Below, in pieces: positions 13,698-26,858 of a DNA stretch of 64,000 nucleotides (positions are counted from its first letter, which is position 1; each line of letters opens with the position of its first letter). Location: positions 5,084,001 to 5,148,000 of the forward strand of contig CM030332.1 in NCBI GenBank assembly GCA_017654855.1, read 5' to 3'. Below the pieces are notes generated by a model. That model saw only the letters and a program-made list of their open reading frames with translations, made no database searches and had not been told where the DNA came from. The DNA comes from Podospora anserina (Eukaryota). The position numbers and the translations under genes were made by a program.

Positions 13698-16600
13698 ATG
13701 GCTACTCTCCCAAAGGGCAGAATGGTTAGCTTTCAGATTTCGAGCAACGATAGGCAGACCCCCTCTGTCGTTGCCATGGCTTCTAATGGCACCCCGCTTC
13801 CCACTCCTCTCATGAGTTACTATTTCAAGATGCCTCGCAACTCCCCCTGTGTTATCTCGGTCAACAAAACAGGGAAGGCCCCGCGTTTCTACAGCGACCC
13901 TCTGTCTATCCCCAAGCGCGATATCGAGTCTTGGAATCAAGCCAAAATTGAGAAGGAGGCACGCACGATTCGGGCTCAGCACCCTGCTCTGGCAGACAGC
14001 GTCATTCGTCCAACCTCTTGGGAGGATCTGTACAGGTACTATGACGCTCATGACCTTTGGCTTCAAGGTGCTTGGAACCTCTGGTGTGTCATTGATGAAC
14101 TCGGATACCAGAACGAGAAAATGGAGTGCTACCGCCAACAGATGCGGGCGATGCAGAACCTGGGTCATCGTTTTCCCCTGCAACCCTACCAGCTCTCCAT
14201 GATTGGCGATTTTGTTGAAGGTTGGATCTCATACGCCGAGAACCGGCTCATGCTCATCGAGTGGGATGGTTCATACGACATTCTGCAACTATTCTCACCG
14301 ACGGACTGGAAAGAAGGCGGGATCGAAGGCTTAAACCAAACCCAGGCAGCCTTTCTGAGTGATGAGCTCACTTACTGGCATGGACACTGGCGTGAGCGAT
14401 ATGAGAACCCCGCCGCATTCTTTCCTCCAGATCAATGGCATCACCTTGGCGGGAAGTATGCGAAGGAGGATTCTCTTACAGAGCCCCGAAAACGATTTGG
14501 TACGTTATTCTTATTTTACTGGATTGTCCATGCTAATGTGTTGTCCAGTCACACCTTATGACAAGCCGCTTGCTGCACCCAGTGACACTTTGCAGCATCC
14601 CCTCCCAACGGTACTGTCTACGACTCAGCCCAGCATCAAGCAGGAGGATTACATGCCTGTTCACAACAAGACGACTGGTGCTTACTCTCAGCCCGTAGCG
14701 TTCTCTAAGCCTGTTCTGAGCTTCAAGCCTGCGCCAGCTTCCCCCTCTGTGCCCGCTCCTCCCTCTGTGCCAGCTTACCACTCTTTGCCAAAGGGCTACC
14801 CGATTGTTGTCAATGGCACCATGCCGGCGCCTCACAGCATTGTTGTTGAGAACCACGCTACATCAGAGGAAGCAAAGCCCGACAATGCTACCAAGCCAGC
14901 TGGGGACGGGGATGCCATCACAGTTGGCACCGAGGCCTCGGGCCCATCACGTATTCCTGAGCGTTCCCTAGAGGAAACTGTCGACAGACAAGAACAGCAA
15001 TCAGCGACTGCAGACCCCAATATACCTCAGAGGGCCTACTCTTCCAGGAACAAGGGCAGGAAGAACTTTCCCAATCCTATCTCAACAAGGCCAATCTCAG
15101 ATTCGACCTATGCGAAGTGCTACAACCGGGATAAGTCTCCTGGTATTTATTCAGGGAAAATGTCGGCGGGTCATTTTGTAGCTTGCCCTTGCGGCCGCTG
15201 CAGCACACTGTCACGCACTGTTCTGGTCAAACAGATTGATCACTTTCCAGGAATGACCCAATGCGAGAAGGTTTCTCGCTTTCAGGAATACTTTTCCCGT
15301 TATGGCGTGATTCAGCAGTGCGACATCAAAACTACTGCCAAAACAGGTAGTTGTTACGCTCTCATCCGGTATGTTAACGTTCATCTGACTCTGGAATCTA
15401 CTGTACTATCAGATACTGACACTCTCGTAGATATTCCCTTGAGAGCAGCGCTGTTGCGGCTGTGGCCTCTGCAGATGGGTTGCCTCTCTCCCCACTGAGC
15501 TCAAGTATGCGTCTCGAGCATCCCTGGTACTCAAAATACTGGGCTCCGAGGCCATATACCAGAACTCCCCAAAAGGCTACACGTGAGACTCCACGCGTAA
15601 CTCCTCCGTCCAGGCGACGGTCTCCCCCCGATCAGGGCTTCTTGAACAGAGGCACCGCGCAACAGCAGCATGGTGGCACATCGTCACTCGGCTCTCCTTC
15701 TGGGAGAAAGAAGGTGGGACAACCAAGTATTTCCCCAGAATACATGCGTGGACCTCCTCCGGGATTTCCTCCTATCTCCCAGCCTCAAGCTGGCCTGCAA
15801 CCATCGCCTCCTCGCATGCAGCCGCATCCCGTTGGAGCTACCGAGTATAACCTGGACTATCACGGTCCTGCCCACCGGCAGCCCTGTGTTCCTTTTCACC
15901 ACCAGATGGCCGAAATCCCTGAGAAGCCTCAGAATCACGGCAACCTCCCCCCAGCTCATCACTTCAACCAAAGCTTTCAACAACACGGTCCACCGCAGTG
16001 GCACCATGGGCCACCTCATTGGCAACATGCCCACCCTCTTCCACCTCCTCCGCCCCCGCATCTGCCGCCGTTTTTTGACCCTGCTAACTTCGTCGGTCCA
16101 ATACCACAACCGCCGTATCAAGCACCACCTGTGTTCTACAATCAGGGAGGCCCTCACGGAAATGCACAATGTCCGGTGGATCCCCAGATGCGGAGCCCTC
16201 AGGCACGAACTAGACAGTCTCCCGAGCAAGACATGGTCGGGTCACAACCATTGTCACACTCAAGCTCATCGAGCAGCGCGCACACCACCCATGCTATATC
16301 ACAAGTTTGGGTTGTAGTTGACAAGGCTGCTGCAGCGGAGCACACCAACAAGGGGAGGCCCGTGAAAGCTGGCACTTCTCCGGATGAGCCATCCACCCCT
16401 ATTGATACTGTTTCAACACAGGGAGATGGGCGCGTTGCTGGCACACTGGAAAAGCCTGTCCAAGAAGGGGAGAGCTCGGACCAAGGAGGCACGGTGGTAC
16501 GGCATGCGCAGTTCTCCATCCATGATGTGCGCTTCAGCCAGGATATGTCCGGCACAGCGAGGATCCGCCCAAATAGGCGGAATCAACACCAGGCCCTTCC

Positions 16601-17813
16601 CGCAGAGTGGTTGGCTGTGGATAGTCGAAGTGCAACTCCGGCCGAGCAGCGGCAACCTTCAGGATCCAAGAAGGGTAAAAATAAGAGGAAGCCCGGTGCC
16701 CGCCCAAGTTCGCGACCATCGACACCTGTCGACTTTTCCTCGAGCCAGGCTGAGAGCTCCAGGGCTCAAGCTTCGGCTTCGACTGAGCGACCCGAATCAG
16801 TCACGGAAAATGCTGCACTTAAGGTCCCAGAGCCCAAAGGATACCGCGCAGATGCAGGTGGATCGCTCAAGCTGTCATGGAACCCCAGAGGCCCAGCTAT
16901 CCGTGTCAACCACCTAGCAGACCAGATGTTACCTCCACCTCTGAGAACTGGATCACCTCAAGAGGGACCCTCCACGGGCCCTGTCCTCAAGGGCAACAAC
17001 TCGAAACAGGCTCGATTTCAGCGGTTCGACTCCCTAAGCAGCATCCCTGACTGCCCGGTCCTCCCACGGGCGTGCGACTTATTCCCCAACTACCCCGATC
17101 TATCAACGTCTCCGCCCAAGATTGTGATGACACCGGCCAAGACAACCCCAAACGAGGAGATGGCTTCCCATCCGACTATCAACGGGTTGCTCAATGGTCC
17201 AAACCGCGGGATCTCAGACTCATCCCTTGCCCAAAGTTTCTACACCGCAAAGAGCACGTTCTCTTCTAGAGAGAACAGTCCTCCCGAAGCAGCCAAGGAC
17301 GAGCTGTTTGTCTCGCCCCCAGAGACTCCAACCAAGACCAGCCAACCATCCTCGCGCACATTGCCTGCCCACCCAAGTCTGAAGCTCACAGCAGCTGCTC
17401 CCGTCCTGGAGGTACCTGTGGAAACCCCAAAGCTGGATAAGGGCAAGAGCACAGCACCCCTCCAGCCCGAGACCTCTGTATCCAACTTGGAGACCTCAGA
17501 GCCCAGCGACTCCAAACCAGAGGCCCCCAAGCCAAAGTCCAGCAGCAAGAACAAGCACAAAAAGAAGAACAAGACCAGAGCCGACACTGAAGCCGGACCT
17601 TCTTCTTCTCAGCCACAAGAGCAGCAGCAGCAGTTGCCGACCCCAGTTGGTTCAAAGCCCAACTCCCGCCCCGCCACCCCCGTCGGCGACGCCAACGTCA
17701 GGAACCAAAAGAAGAGACAGGCGCACGCGAAGAGCAAAGCAGAGAGGAAGCGCTCTGCTGCTGCTGCTTCTGCTAATAAAGGGGGGCCTTCTTCTTCTGG
17801 GGCTGATGCTTGA
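13698..17813 (+). CDS. Large Pro/Gln/Ser-rich protein with a central RRM-like domain (3 exons)
   Basis: Three long ORFs joined in frame by canonical introns (~14500-14548, ~15369-15430); RRM-like segment RTVLVKQID...FSRYGVIQQCDIK...CYALIRYSLESSAVAAVASADG preceded by CPCGRC; Lys-rich NLS-like C-terminus. Confidence 0.72.
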
Positions 17814-18899
17814 TAGACTCGTGATATGTGGGGGGGAGGTCATGGACTCGACAATATATCAGACATATTGCAATGGTGGTGTAAACATCCGACAAAAGAA
17901 AACAGTTTACAGTCAAACTTCCCTTTCGTCGCTTTTTCTTTTCGTCTCACCCTCGGTTTTTCTTTTTCTTTTCGGTCTTCTAACCATTAGCAATCTTGCC
18001 TTTTTTTCCTCACAAAAGAAAGCCCGACGCGGCGCTAGGTTTTTCTTTTTAACCCTGGGAGGAGGAATTTGGCTACCGCCTCATCGCTGGCTAATCGGAC
18101 TTGGGGGCAGCAGGATAGCATGGCTGGCGTTTTTGGTTTGGTCTTGGGGGTTGGTGCTGGGTCTGGTAATTGGAGCTTGGTGCTGGGTATGGTATGGGAT
18201 TTTCCTTTTTCACAGGACATCAAGGCGTAAAAGAACAAGGGAAGAGACAGCAAAAAAAAATAGATGGAGATACCCCAGAGGTTCTTACTTTGCGGATGGG
18301 ATTTGGCGGATGGGGAATAGATAAGGTATCATGGGATTTTGCACAGGCAGGGGTGGAGGGCACAACGTCAGACTGTGAATTCTCGCGTGGTTTACAATAT
18401 ATTATTTATGGTTTTGACTTTGTTCTTTACTTCGTGTACTGTCGCTGCTTTGCATGTTTTGCGTGGACTCGAGTAGATGGATGGGTTTGGTTTTCAAATG
18501 GGAAAAGGGGGCTTTCGTTACCATGGCGACGCTGATCTTGACAATAGGCCGTGGACAACTCAAATCGAGACTCCAAAAATTCGATTCACCTCCAAGAAAG
18601 GTAGGTCCTAGAAAAGCTTCACATATGTAGGTAGACTTCAGGCATGCTAAATCATACACAGCACGGGTTTGATCATCACCATTCACTCCGAACAAACTAT
18701 CCTGTCCATCATGCCATTATTCTTGGTCTGAATTACACATCATTTTCTCGCCCATATGCTCAGCATCCATTAATCCTTATGCCAAACCCAATGTCAAGTC
18801 CCTCTTAACAAACCAAGAATAGGATTTGCTCTTCAGCGGATCCCTCCTAACTACCATTCAATGTTGCAAAGCAAACCCGTGCTATTGCATTATCCCCAT

Positions 18900-21800
18900 C
18901 TACATCACCAAGCACTCCCCCTCCTGCTGCTTCCCAACCTTACTTCTCGATATCCTCTCTCTCGCCCTCGGTTGACTATTCTTGCCTGACCTCTTCAGAT
19001 CCTCCAACCGTTGCCTCGCCTTGGGGAAATCCTGAGCTGTTCTCATTGTTAGCACACCGTCGGTTTAGTTCCAAGAGATCGGAGAGCTTACCAGCAGCCC
19101 TCCAGTACCATCTTTTCGCATCCTCCATATTGGCCTGAACACCGATCCCCACCTCGGTGAAGTACCCCATCGCATACTCTGCCTTGGCCAGCCCCGCCAT
19201 CGCCGCCTTCCTCGCCCACAGGTACGCCTCAGTATCGCTCTGCTGCAGCACCCCCTCGCTTCCAGTAAGATACCATCCCGACAAGCACAGCTCGCTCTGG
19301 TGCTCCTCCTGCATCGCCGCACGCGAATACCACATTATCGACATCCGCGGATCAATCGGGCACCCCAACAACCCATACTCGTAACAGCACCCCAATCTAA
19401 ACTGACTGAACTTGTAACCCAGCTCTGCCGCTTGTTTGAACAGCTGGAAAGCATATGCCTCATCCCGAATAATCACATCATTCGGCTCCGCGCTCTCATA
19501 AAGCAGCGCCAGTTCGTGAAGTGCATGCGGGTTCTCGGCGTCGGCTCTCTCAGCAGCGCGCTTAAGCCAGCTGATTGCCTCGCGAGGATTGCGCGGTTGA
19601 CCAAGCAGTCCCTTGAGCAGGATCATGCCGACCTTGTACATGGCTGGGGTGTCACCCAGAGTAGCTGCACGCTTGTACCACTGGAAGGCCTTGACTGGGT
19701 CCTTGCGGGTGCCACCTCCTTCGTCGTTGCCAATCTCGCAGCACACGGCCGTGCGGTAGGCTGCTGCTGCATGGCCGAGTTTGGCTGCTGACTGGTAGAG
19801 CGAGAAAGCGTGAGCATTATCCGGCTCGCTGCCAAACAGACCACGGCCAAGACAGTCGGCCAAGAAAAACATCGCTTCGGGGTTGTTGGCTTTCTCGAGT
19901 TTGCGAAGAATCTTATTGGCATCAACTAGGAATCTTTCGCGTGATCGGGCGCGAGCCTTGGGGTCTGGGAGGTTGGGGACAAGCACGTCCGACGCTTCCA
20001 CCAGACGTTTGGCGAGACGAAGAGCCGATGCTTGATCGTTTGCATCGTTCTTGATCACTGCTCGAAGGTGTTCAAGTTCTTGTACTGTCACGGGCTCCTC
20101 CACGGGCTTTGCTGGAGGTGGGTTACCAGCTGGCTGAGCAGGTGTTTGGTTACCGCCAAACTGACCCTGAGGTTGCTGGGGAGGATAACCTCCTGCAGGC
20201 GGTGTGGGCGTGTTGCCTCCATATGGTGGTATACCGTTGTTGTTGTTTACCCCACTATAATTCCTTACTGGTGGAGGACGGTCACCCAAATTCACCATAG
20301 ATCCAGCCATATGCCCAGGACGGACGGGTGCAGGATGCGAAGGTAGACTGTCACTACTGTTGCCAGTTTGTGTAAGAGGCGACTGTCCTGGCCTGTATGG
20401 AGTTGGACCAGGTGGTAGGTGGCCAGGCCCAGGTGATCCGGTTTGTGTTGGACCAGGACCTCGTGAGAAGTTCGGGGGCCCATCGAACGAGCCTTGTTGA
20501 TGTGGGCCTAGCTGCTGCGGTGGTTGTCTTTGTGTAGGGAGAGGAGGGATATCGCCCGCCATTTCGAACACAGCAGTTTGCGAGTTACGCAGATCAGGCT
20601 GAGATTTGGCTCTGCTAACCTCAGGCTGTCGACCCGGCCCGTTTCGAGGCTGCTCTGGTAGTCCATGCTGCATGTGCTGATCGAACGAGTTCCTTGGCGG
20701 TTGTTGGCGTATGGATTCAAAGTCTGGGAGTTCTGATCGAGCCGATGCTGATGGTGGGTTCTGAGCCGGATACTCTTCATTGGTGCCATAATAATCGTAA
20801 AAGTCATCGACAGACGCAGGACGGTCCTGACCCTGACCCTGACCTGGACCTGGGCCTCCATAACCCGAATCGGGAGGATTCCTGTACTGAGCATCTTGGA
20901 AATTGTTCTGAGGTAAAGGAGGGGCGTCGACGGGAGGATAACCTCGTGGTGCGCGCATGCTTTGCGCAGTGCTCGGTCTCTGTGGCATACCACCCCCACG
21001 TCCACCGGGTCCAATCGGCCCGTTATAAGGAGCACTATCACGCCGTGGAGGAGGTCCTGGATGGCGCATATCCATTGGTTCTCTTGCTGGCATTGTCATG
21101 CTGCGTCCTGGAGGCCCAAAGTTTTCGTCTCCGTATCCACCGGGCTGCTGTCCATAACCAGGTCCAAGAGGCCCGGGGGGTCCAGGAGGAGGTCCACGCC
21201 GTTGATCGGGGTACTCCTGACCACGATGTGGTTGCGGGGGTCCTCGAGGGGGACTCAAAGGTCCTCCATACCCATTGGGGGGGCGCATCGGTCCAGGTCC
21301 TCGTTGTGGACCGGAACCACTTGGACCCCGTGGTCCTGCTCTTGATCCTCCAGACAGATTGACGCCCTCCATTTGAGCCACAATTTCCTGTTCCTGAGCG
21401 AGATCTGATTTTGCGTGAGCTCCTGGGAATGCGGGAAAGGGTCCGTTGCTTCCTCCTGGATTCACTGGTGGTCCCCGGTTTGCTTGAGCCTTGTTAGCAA
21501 GTGCCAAATCCAGCACATTGGTTAACACTTGATCCTCAACTTACCAGTTAGGTCTGAATTGGGACCCCTTTCAAGCGGGCCAGGACGTCCTTGAGGGGGA
21601 TAACCTCTCCCAGGGCCTCCCGGACCAGGACCATATCCACCTCCACGAGGAGGATAGGGGCCTCCTCGGCCGCCGCCTGGGGCAGGTCTCATAGGTCCGC
21701 CTCTTCCGCCTCGCATTGGTGGTCCGCCCCTTCCATAACCATTAGGTCCGTTAGGACCCGGGGATCCATTCGGTCCTGGGTCGTAATAATCTTGCTGCGG

Positions 21801-22115
21801 GTAGCCTTGGTTCGGTGGAGGTCCTCCTCGTCCGTAATTATCGTTGTATTGACCATCATAGCCCTGGTTATAACCGTTTCCGTTCCCATAGTCGTCGTAG
21901 CCATAGTCATAGCCCTCTTGATACTGATCATACTGCTGTTGTTGCTGAGGAGGCGGCCCATTGTACTGCTGCTGCTGTGGTGGAGGAGGCCCATTGTACT
22001 GCTGTGGTCCTCCAGGCCCGGGCGGATATTGTCTTTGCGGCGGCGGTCGTTGCTGCCCAGGTCCTCCACCATACCCTCCTCCAGGTCCTCCTCCATACTG
22101 GCTGTTATAGGCCAT
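18900..22115 (-). CDS. CHS4: Chitin synthase activator, SEL1-repeat protein (Chs4/Skt5 family)
   Basis: Gly/Pro-rich N-terminus; several SEL1 repeats (AFSLYQSAAKLGH, AFQWYKRAATLGD, AISWLKRAAE, AYLWARKAA); spliced C-terminus ends in CaaX motif CLVM*. Confidence 0.9.
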
Positions 22116-24589
22116 GCTTGGACACACGCCGAGGGCCTGCCTTTATGCCGTGCTGTGCTGGCGCTCGTTTGTCCGTCTTTCTATTGCTCGGCTTAGAGCC
22201 AGACCAAGACCCTTGAGATTTTGATCCTCAATAATTCTGCGCGGCGATCATAGTATGGCGTCGGTAAAATTATGTCGATATTAACTGCTAGCGAGCTGGC
22301 AGTGCCACTTCTACGCAGGTCTGAAGTCGACGGCAACAAAGATATGGCGAGTAATTAATTTTAGTAGGAGGGCTTGAGTCGAGTTCGGCCCGCTTGAGCG
22401 CTCGTTCGGGGGCGGGGTGACAGATGTCGGCGGCCTCACTAAATCAGATCGCGAGTTCAGACCAGGGCTCGTAGGCAAAGAAACTCGGAGGAGACTGTCG
22501 TGCTATTCGCCCAAGTTGTTGCAAGGTGGAATCGGGCTGGAGGTCGTAAAAAAGGAGCAGAGATGAAGGAAGGGTGAACTCTTGAAGTGGCGCTCGTCAA
22601 GGAGTGGAATGGCTACAAAGCGGAGCCAGGCGACTGTTTGTAAATATGGAAAAATATATGTTCAAACGCTCTCAGGATGACAGCAGTCAAAATTTTTGGA
22701 GACCTGGGCCTGCGGAAAACGATGAGGCAAAGATGGGCAGGGAGGAATGCATTGTGACCCAGTCGAGGTCGCAATAAGCCGTCTTTGCCGCGACAGGAGC
22801 CCCTCCTTACCACGCTGTAAGTGGTAAAGGTGACGCCCGGGTCGTCAAAAAGGCGGGGCCGAAGGCTGTTACGCTGTGACAGGTTCTGTATGCATTCATT
22901 AGGGGTCTCGGACAGTCGGACCACAGCAAATCAACGGCAGTGTGTCCTCCTCACCATGTTGTTGTCTACCTACCCTTTACAATCTCAGGTCATCTCGACC
23001 AGCGACCGCGAGAAGAGGCTGAGCGCTGAGATCTCAACGGCGGGATGAAAGTATCCGGAGAGAAGCCCCATTCTAACGGCGCCCATTCTCCAGACCCGTT
23101 CGCTTGATCCCGGCATTAGAGGACCCCGCTAAGGTCCGCCACCAGGGCATTTTCCACCTCGCTGAGCTCCTGTGCTGAGATGAGGAAACTATGAAACAGC
23201 GATGCTTGTCGCCAAGTTGATTGAGAACAGTGCTATTTCTTGAGTGGTGAGGTTGGTTGCAACTCTGTGTGCAGGCAAAGCAATCAAGTATTAAGCAGGA
23301 GAACGGCGAGGTACATGTATCGAACCCATCAACTACTCTTATAAACATGGTATTATGTATGGCTCTGCTGCTCGATAACCAGGTCAATGTTTTGAACTCC
23401 AGACGCGGAGTCGGGTTAATTTTCCTACGGAGTATTCTGCGCCTTTGCATAGTCTGGCCGTAGATCTGTCAATGTGTTGTCGAATGTTATCGTAACACAT
23501 AACACTCTGCGGCGGCTAAGTTGTCAGAGTGGCGAGCATGTTGCCAGGCCCACTGGCCACATCACTAAGGAGCACAGCAATGAGATTAAGTACACCGCAG
23601 GAGAACCTGTGGAACTTCTTTGGCTCGGATCTTCTACTGCTTGACTGGCTCACTGGATAGGATGATATCAACCGCCGTACATGAATTCGACCCTCGCCCG
23701 TGACCAGTGACGACATCGACATTCTAAGCCTGGGCCCAAGACATCAACAACACATTCTCCGGCATGGCGTTGAGGCTTCGAGAACGCAAAGTTCCTTGTC
23801 TTCTCCGCCTGACATCCGAGATTGTTTTTAAAGGTGCCGGGGTAGGTGTTTCAGAAGCTGTTGAGCTTGTCATCAGCAAGCTTTGGTAACATCCGTGCTA
23901 CCTTGTAAGGTTCGCTCACCTAGGTAAGGCAAAGGTTTAGCGCCATTATTCGAAGGCTCTTGACGATGATCGAGTACAGCGAAGATGCCTCGTGGCCAAT
24001 GCTTGTCATTTGTGCCATTGAATGAAAGGAGACATGTTGAGCTCGAGCTTGTAATTGGACTTCGGGTCTCCAAAGGGGCAATCAACACAAGACTTACAAG
24101 ACTTTGGTTGGACGAATTAGGACCCAAAGCCGCCCTGGGGTTGGCTGTGCCTCTTCTGCAGGAGAGAAGGGAGTTGCCGCGGTCGTCCCGGCCCCATTTG
24201 GCCTGCTGCTACCCTCCGTCAGCCGCAACGATCGGTCGCCCGGTTGCCTCCGTGGATGAGTGAAGGGTTGAAGATCTCATGTTGAGTGAGTTGAAAGAAA
24301 AGTGGGCAGCTGGCGTCTACTGACCACCGAACTTCTTTGCCAAGACTCCAAAGACAGAACAGCTGGTCCGAGCTTCAGAGAAACAATTCTGCCACTTCTT
24401 GCCGCCTTGGATTGACCTCATCCATGAGCCAGCATCATAGAGAGCCTCCAAGCGTCTCATATTGAATCTTATAAGTCGAGGTCGTCAACGTCACTTTCCC
24501 CGTCAATATATACGGTTTTTACCATTGTTTCTTGCACATTTAGACTCTTGAGCCACTATTCCGCGAAGCTTTTTGATTCAACCTTCAAG

Positions 24590-25095
24590 ATGGGCAAGGT
24601 CAACTGGTGGCTATGGACCAAAATGCTTGTGGCGTAAGCTATTACTTACCTTCGTAAAAGTAGAAGACGACTGACAAGCTTTAATAGCGGAGGGGGTGTT
24701 ATTTGGGGTGGTCCAGCTCTTGTTAGATATCTTCAACCGACAGACGAAGAGCTCTTCCAGAAGTACAACCCGGAGCTTCAAAAGCGCAGCTTGGAGAGGA
24801 GGTATGAACGTGAGAAGGAGTTTGACGACTTTGTGGTCAAGCTGAAGGAGCAGGCGAAATCCGATAAGCCGAGTAAGCAATGGCTCATTTCTCCGTGTGC
24901 AGGTAGAAAGCTCATATGGTGTGTTCTGTAGTCTGGATTCTTCAAGCGGAGGAAGAGAAGGCCAGTGCCACCAACATGGCTAGACAGCAGAAGCTCGCTG
25001 AAAGTTTGAGACTTGCCGAGGAAGTCAAGGCAAGAAGAGAGGCCATGAGAAAAGAGGCAGGACTGCCAGTGGATTCGGGCAAGCAAGGCAAGTAA
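24590..25095 (+). CDS. CBP4: Cytochrome b / complex III assembly factor Cbp4 (3 exons; absent from ORF track)
   Basis: Spliced: [53 protein letters not shown]...[15 protein letters not shown]...*; GTAAGC donors. Confidence 0.85.
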
Positions 25096-25764
25096 AACAC
25101 ACGCAACAAGCTCACCTCAGCTGTGGCCAAAAGGATGGTCCTTGTATAGTACTTGTATATGTATAGAAAGGGTATTGCATGGAGAGGCGTCTGGGCAGTT
25201 AGTTTTCTGGTATCTCACATTCGGCGCAAATTATTACATTGACTCGCGGGTATTGGCTATTCGTAGTATTACATACACAGCTCTTCTCATGAATTTTGAA
25301 ATGTCTGCCAGTGGCTGGTGATCGTGTCTCATCATCCGAACTTGCTCTTGCAACGCTTCGGCTCGGTCAGCGGGTGGTGAGGGTCAGGTCAATAAGCTCA
25401 GAAGTGGGGTAAAAGTTATTGCGGGAGCGAAAAATTCGGGCAGGGCCTGGCGCACACAATTTCTCCAACCACCGACGCCGCTACGAGGATAGAGACTTTG
25501 CGAGCTTGTCACAATACCCCCGGAGATTCCACGGACCCGAAAATCATCGATTGAAAGAGTACGTTCTCCTGGCTGATTTTCGAGTGGAAAATCGCCCAGA
25601 ATGGCGGTGCTAGAGGACTGTCAGGGTGCATCTCTGCAGCTTTTGTGTGCCGCCCAACCCCAAAACCCTTGCCCAGACTGACTGGATCAATTATAGCTCG
25701 ACATCACCGAGTCTCTTCTGACCATCTCTCGTTTTCTCCACCACCACTTTTCTCGATAGACAAC

Positions 25765-26458
25765 ATGGCGGATGTTCAGGAACGCCTCAAGAAGCTCGGT
25801 GCTTCCGCTCGTATCGGTATGTTGGATTGTCCCTCCGTCCCTCCCTCATTGTCAAAATGAGTTGTCACCCCGCACTTGGACCGATCGGCTAACCCACCTT
25901 TCCTTGACAGGGTATGTTTAGATGCAAATTCTTCCATTCTGTCGACGACAACAACAACGATGACGAACTCGATTCTGACATGTATCTGTGACGAATAGTG
26001 GCAAGGGTACTCCCCGGAGAAAGGTCAAGCGTGCGCCTGCCCGCTCCGCCGGTGATGACAAGAAGCTCCAGGCTTCCCTCAAGAAGCTCAATGTCCAGCC
26101 CATCCAGGCCATTGAGGAGGTGAACATGTTCAAGAGCGACGGCAACGTCATCCACTTCGCCGCTCCCAAGGGTTCGTCACTCCGATACCAGATAATGGGA
26201 AGGGATATGAGGTACTAACTGGCAATAGTTCATGCCGCCGTCCCCGCTAACACCTTCGCCATCTACGGTAACGGTGAGGACAAGGAGCTGACTGAGCTCG
26301 TTCCCGGGATCCTTAACCAGCTCGGCCCCGACTCTCTCGCCTCCCTCCGCAAGCTCGCCGAGAGCTACCAGAACCTGCAGAAGGGCGAGAAGGCTGACGA
26401 GGAGGATGATATCCCCGACCTCGTTGCTGGCGAGAACTTCGAGAACAAGGTCGAGTAA
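25765..26458 (+). CDS. EGD1: Nascent polypeptide-associated complex beta subunit (BTF3/Egd1)
   Basis: [28 protein letters not shown]...DDKKLQ...[30 protein letters not shown]...[13 protein letters not shown]; exons 25765-25816, 25911, 25999-26171, 26229-26458. Confidence 0.96.
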
Positions 26459-26858
26459 GATGTTGTCGATACCAAAATCTTAAAACCTTACTACGAAATT
26501 CTGGTCATCCTGCCTTGTCCCCACCCCAGGTTTATGATGAGGAATAGGGAAGTGATTTTGCGCTTGCGATAATGGATGGCGGCGTCTACGGTTCTTCGTT
26601 GCATTCAGGCCCCAAACTCAAAGAAAGTTTCGGCCAAGGGAGGGATAAAATCAAAGAAATGGACATTTGACGGTCCCCCCAAACACTCGAGTTCCAATAC
26701 GGCAGAAACAATGGGACTGTGTAAAGCAATAAGGTGAAGTGATGGTGGTACCGTGTTTAATAGTATGCCATGGAGTAGCTCACTTAGCTAGACTGGGACA
26801 CGCAATAGTATCTCGCCTGAAGTTGACGAACTGGGACTCTGCGTAAGTTCTCTTAAGA

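Noticed and set aside
25816-25999. Stwintron (nested [D1,2] or [A2,3] intron) interpretation of the EGD1 intron pair
   Set aside because: Removing either intron does not reconstitute a credible split donor or acceptor that preserves the conserved coding sequence; a 1-nt exon explains the data more simply
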